Part shown: positions 1 through 1,089 of the stretch, piece after piece
Numbering within the stretch: position 1 is the first letter of the stretch
How the letters are laid out: each line of letters opens with the position of its first letter
Sequence record: OR846392.1
DNA: 1,089 nt
Strand: one strand, 5' to 3'
Source: a phage
Translations under genes and position numbers: made by a program
Notes under the pieces: model-generated
Databases searched by the model: none
The model's input: the letters and a program-made list of their open reading frames with translations, nothing else
Told to the model about the DNA's origin: nothing

Positions 1-1
1 C

Positions 2-838
2 TCTGAAGGTATTGCCCTGACATTTCGTGTTCCTGAAGGAAATATAAAACATCCTTTGATTATCTTATGCCATGGGTTTTGCGGTATCAGGAATGTTCTG
101 CTCCCTTGCTTTGCGAATGCCTTCACAGAAGCAGGATTCGCAACGATTACTTTTGATTATCGAGGATTCGGTGAGAGTGATGGAGAACGAGGGCGTCTGG
201 TTCCTGCAATGCAGACCGAAGATATTATTTCAGTTATCAATTGGGCAGAAAAGCAGGAATGTATTGATAATCAGCGTATTGGGTTATGGGGAACATCGCT
301 GGGAGGGGGGCATGTCTTCAGTGCAGCTGCGCAGGACCAACGCGTAAAATGTATTGTCAGCCAGCTGGCTTTTGCTGACGGTGATGTTCTGGTTACCGGA
401 GAGATGAATGAATCGGAGAGAGCGTCTTTTCTATCCACGCTGAATAAAATGGCAGAGAAGAAGAAAAACACCGGGAAAGAGATGTTTGTGGGGGTTACAC
501 GGGTACTAAGTGATGATGAATCGAAGGTATTCTTCGAGAAAATCAAAGCCCGGCATCCCGAAATGGATATAAAAATACCTTTCCTTACGGTCATGGAAAC
601 GTTGCAATATAAACCGGCAGAGAGTGCAGCCAGCGTCCAGTGCCCAGTTTTGGTTGTTATTGCCGGCCAGGATAGCGTTAATCCACCGGAACAGGGAAGA
701 GCATTATATGATGCTGTTGCTTCTGGTACTAAGGAATTATACGAGGAAGCTGATGCATGCCATTATGATATTTATGAGGGCGCGTTTTTTGAACGTGTAG
801 TAGCTGTGCAGACACAATGGTTTAAACAATATCTTTAA
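2..838 (+). CDS. alpha/beta-fold serine hydrolase (dienelactone-hydrolase/esterase-like), 5'-partial; frame open to the left window edge, stop TAA at 836-838
   Basis: The frame is open from nt 2 with no in-frame stop upstream of the track's TTG at 56; upstream codons read SEGIALTFRVPEGNIKHP and run directly into LIILCHGFCG. HG oxyanion motif (His-Gly) at nt 71-76. Nucleophile elbow G-T-S-L-G at nt 290-304 (Ser codon TCG 296-298) within GLWGTSLGGGHVF. Probable acid residue in VLVVIAGQDSV (Asp codon GAT 671-673). Probable catalytic His in EADACHYDIY (CAT 761-763). Order and spacing HG...GxSxG...D...H over about 230 residues is canonical for this fold. Family placement is by motif recognition only; no search was run. 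Confidence 0.88.
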   Translation, partial: SEGIALTFRVPEGNIKHPLIILCHGFCGIRNVLLPCFANAFTEAGFATITFDYRGFGESDGERGRLVPAMQTEDIISVINWAEKQECIDNQRIGLWGTSLGGGHVFSAAAQDQRVKCIVSQLAFADGDVLVTGEMNESERASFLSTLNKMAEKKKNTGKEMFVGVTRVLSDDESKVFFEKIKARHPEMDIKIPFLTVMETLQYKPAESAASVQCPVLVVIAGQDSVNPPEQGRALYDAVASGTKELYEEADACHYDIYEGAFFERVVAVQTQWFKQYL

Positions 839-859
839 TTGTCAGTATTTATACGTTAA

Positions 860-907
860 AGGTCGTTGAAATTAACTTCCTGTTACGATGAGCCGTTTCA
901 ACGGCCT
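860..907 (+). repeat. Imperfect inverted repeat / potential RNA stem-loop: arms 860-871 (AGGTCGTTGAAA) and 896-907 (TTTCAACGGCCT), 24-nt loop
   Basis: The reverse complement of 896-907 is AGGCCGTTGAAA, which matches 860-871 at 11 of 12 positions. The single mismatch (T863 opposite G904) is a G-U wobble in RNA. Core 8-bp perfect repeat is CGTTGAAA (864-871) / TTTCAACG (896-903). It lies in the spacer between the hydrolase stop and the finO start. Confidence 0.55.
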
Positions 908-924
908 GCAGCGCATATTTTCAC

Positions 925-929
925 GAAGG
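925..929 (+). promoter_or_regulatory. Putative Shine-Dalgarno for finO (GAAGG), 11-nt spacer to ATG; alternative weak GAG at 933-935
   Basis: Purine-rich GAAGG is seen directly upstream of the ATG at 941. Spacing is slightly long for an optimal RBS, so this is a weak call. Confidence 0.4.
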
Positions 930-940
930 TCAGAGTAAGC

Positions 941-1089
941 ATGGCAGAGCAAAAACGACCGGTACTGACACTGAAGCGGAAAACGGAAGGAGAGACGCCT
1001 GTCCGCAGCCGGAAAACCATCATCAATGTCACCACGCCACCAAAATGGAAGGTGAAAAAGCAGAAGCTGGCCGAGAAAGCAGCCCGGGA
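941..1089 (+). CDS. finO: FinO-like fertility inhibition protein (RNA chaperone of FinP/traJ system), N-terminal 49 codons; 3'-partial, continues past window end
   Basis: ATG at 941-943 opens a frame that runs to the window edge: [49 protein letters not shown]. This matches, from memory, the lysine-rich N-terminus of FinO of F-like plasmids almost residue for residue. GC content is about 54% versus about 45% in the upstream gene. A purine-rich GAAGG at 925-929 lies upstream of the ATG. Confidence 0.85.
   Translation, partial: MAEQKRPVLTLKRKTEGETPVRSRKTIINVTTPPKWKVKKQKLAEKAAR

Noticed and set aside
56-58. TTG start codon proposed by the ORF track for the hydrolase
   Set aside because: The frame is open upstream to the window edge, there is no SD sequence, and the HG motif would sit 5 residues from the N-terminus; it is treated as an internal Leu codon of a 5'-partial gene.
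72-347. 91-aa ORF on + strand (MGFAVSGMFCSL...)
   Set aside because: It lies entirely inside the hydrolase CDS in a different frame. The hydrolase frame carries the conserved HG and GxSxG motifs while this frame has no recognisable features and no RBS; it is most likely a spurious overlapping ORF.
454-468. 15-nt polypurine run (AGAGAAGAAGAAAAA)
   Set aside because: It is explained by consecutive Glu/Lys codons (AEKKKN) in the hydrolase cap region, and there is no evidence of a regulatory or slippery-site function.
271-594. 107-aa ORF on - strand (MTVRKGIFISISG...)
   Set aside because: It is antisense to the middle of the hydrolase CDS, with a low-complexity translation (FFFF, Ser-rich) typical of the reverse strand of a real gene and no motif support.
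839-871. Possible sigma70 promoter elements in the spacer (TTGTCA at 839-844; TTGAAA at 866-871)
   Set aside because: Neither -35-like hexamer has a convincing -10 at 16-18 bp spacing (downstream hexamers are GTCGTT and TGAGCC). A finO-specific promoter cannot be supported from sequence alone; read-through from the upstream gene is more parsimonious.
892-905. Short hairpin GCCGT-TTCA-ACGGC as a rho-independent terminator
   Set aside because: It has only a 5-bp stem and no immediately following U-tract, so it is not called as a terminator; it is noted only as an alternative fold to the larger inverted repeat.

Overview
This 1089-bp window holds two genes on the + strand separated by a 102-bp spacer. 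(1) A 5'-truncated alpha/beta-fold serine hydrolase gene: the frame is open from nt 2 to the TAA stop at 836-838, and the ORF-track start at 56 is a TTG that sits inside the conserved beta-strand preceding the HG oxyanion motif, so the real start is probably left of the window. (2) The first 49 codons of a finO-like gene (941..1089), which runs off the 3' edge and is absent from the ORF track because it has no stop in the window. The FinO-like N-terminus places the window at the distal end of the transfer region of an F-like (IncF) conjugative plasmid, where some F-like plasmids carry an extra ORF between traX and finO. The spacer contains a 12-bp imperfect inverted repeat. I see no evidence for a novel multi-gene system here; the items worth follow-up are the functionally uncharacterised hydrolase embedded in a conjugation locus and the intergenic stem-loop just upstream of finO.
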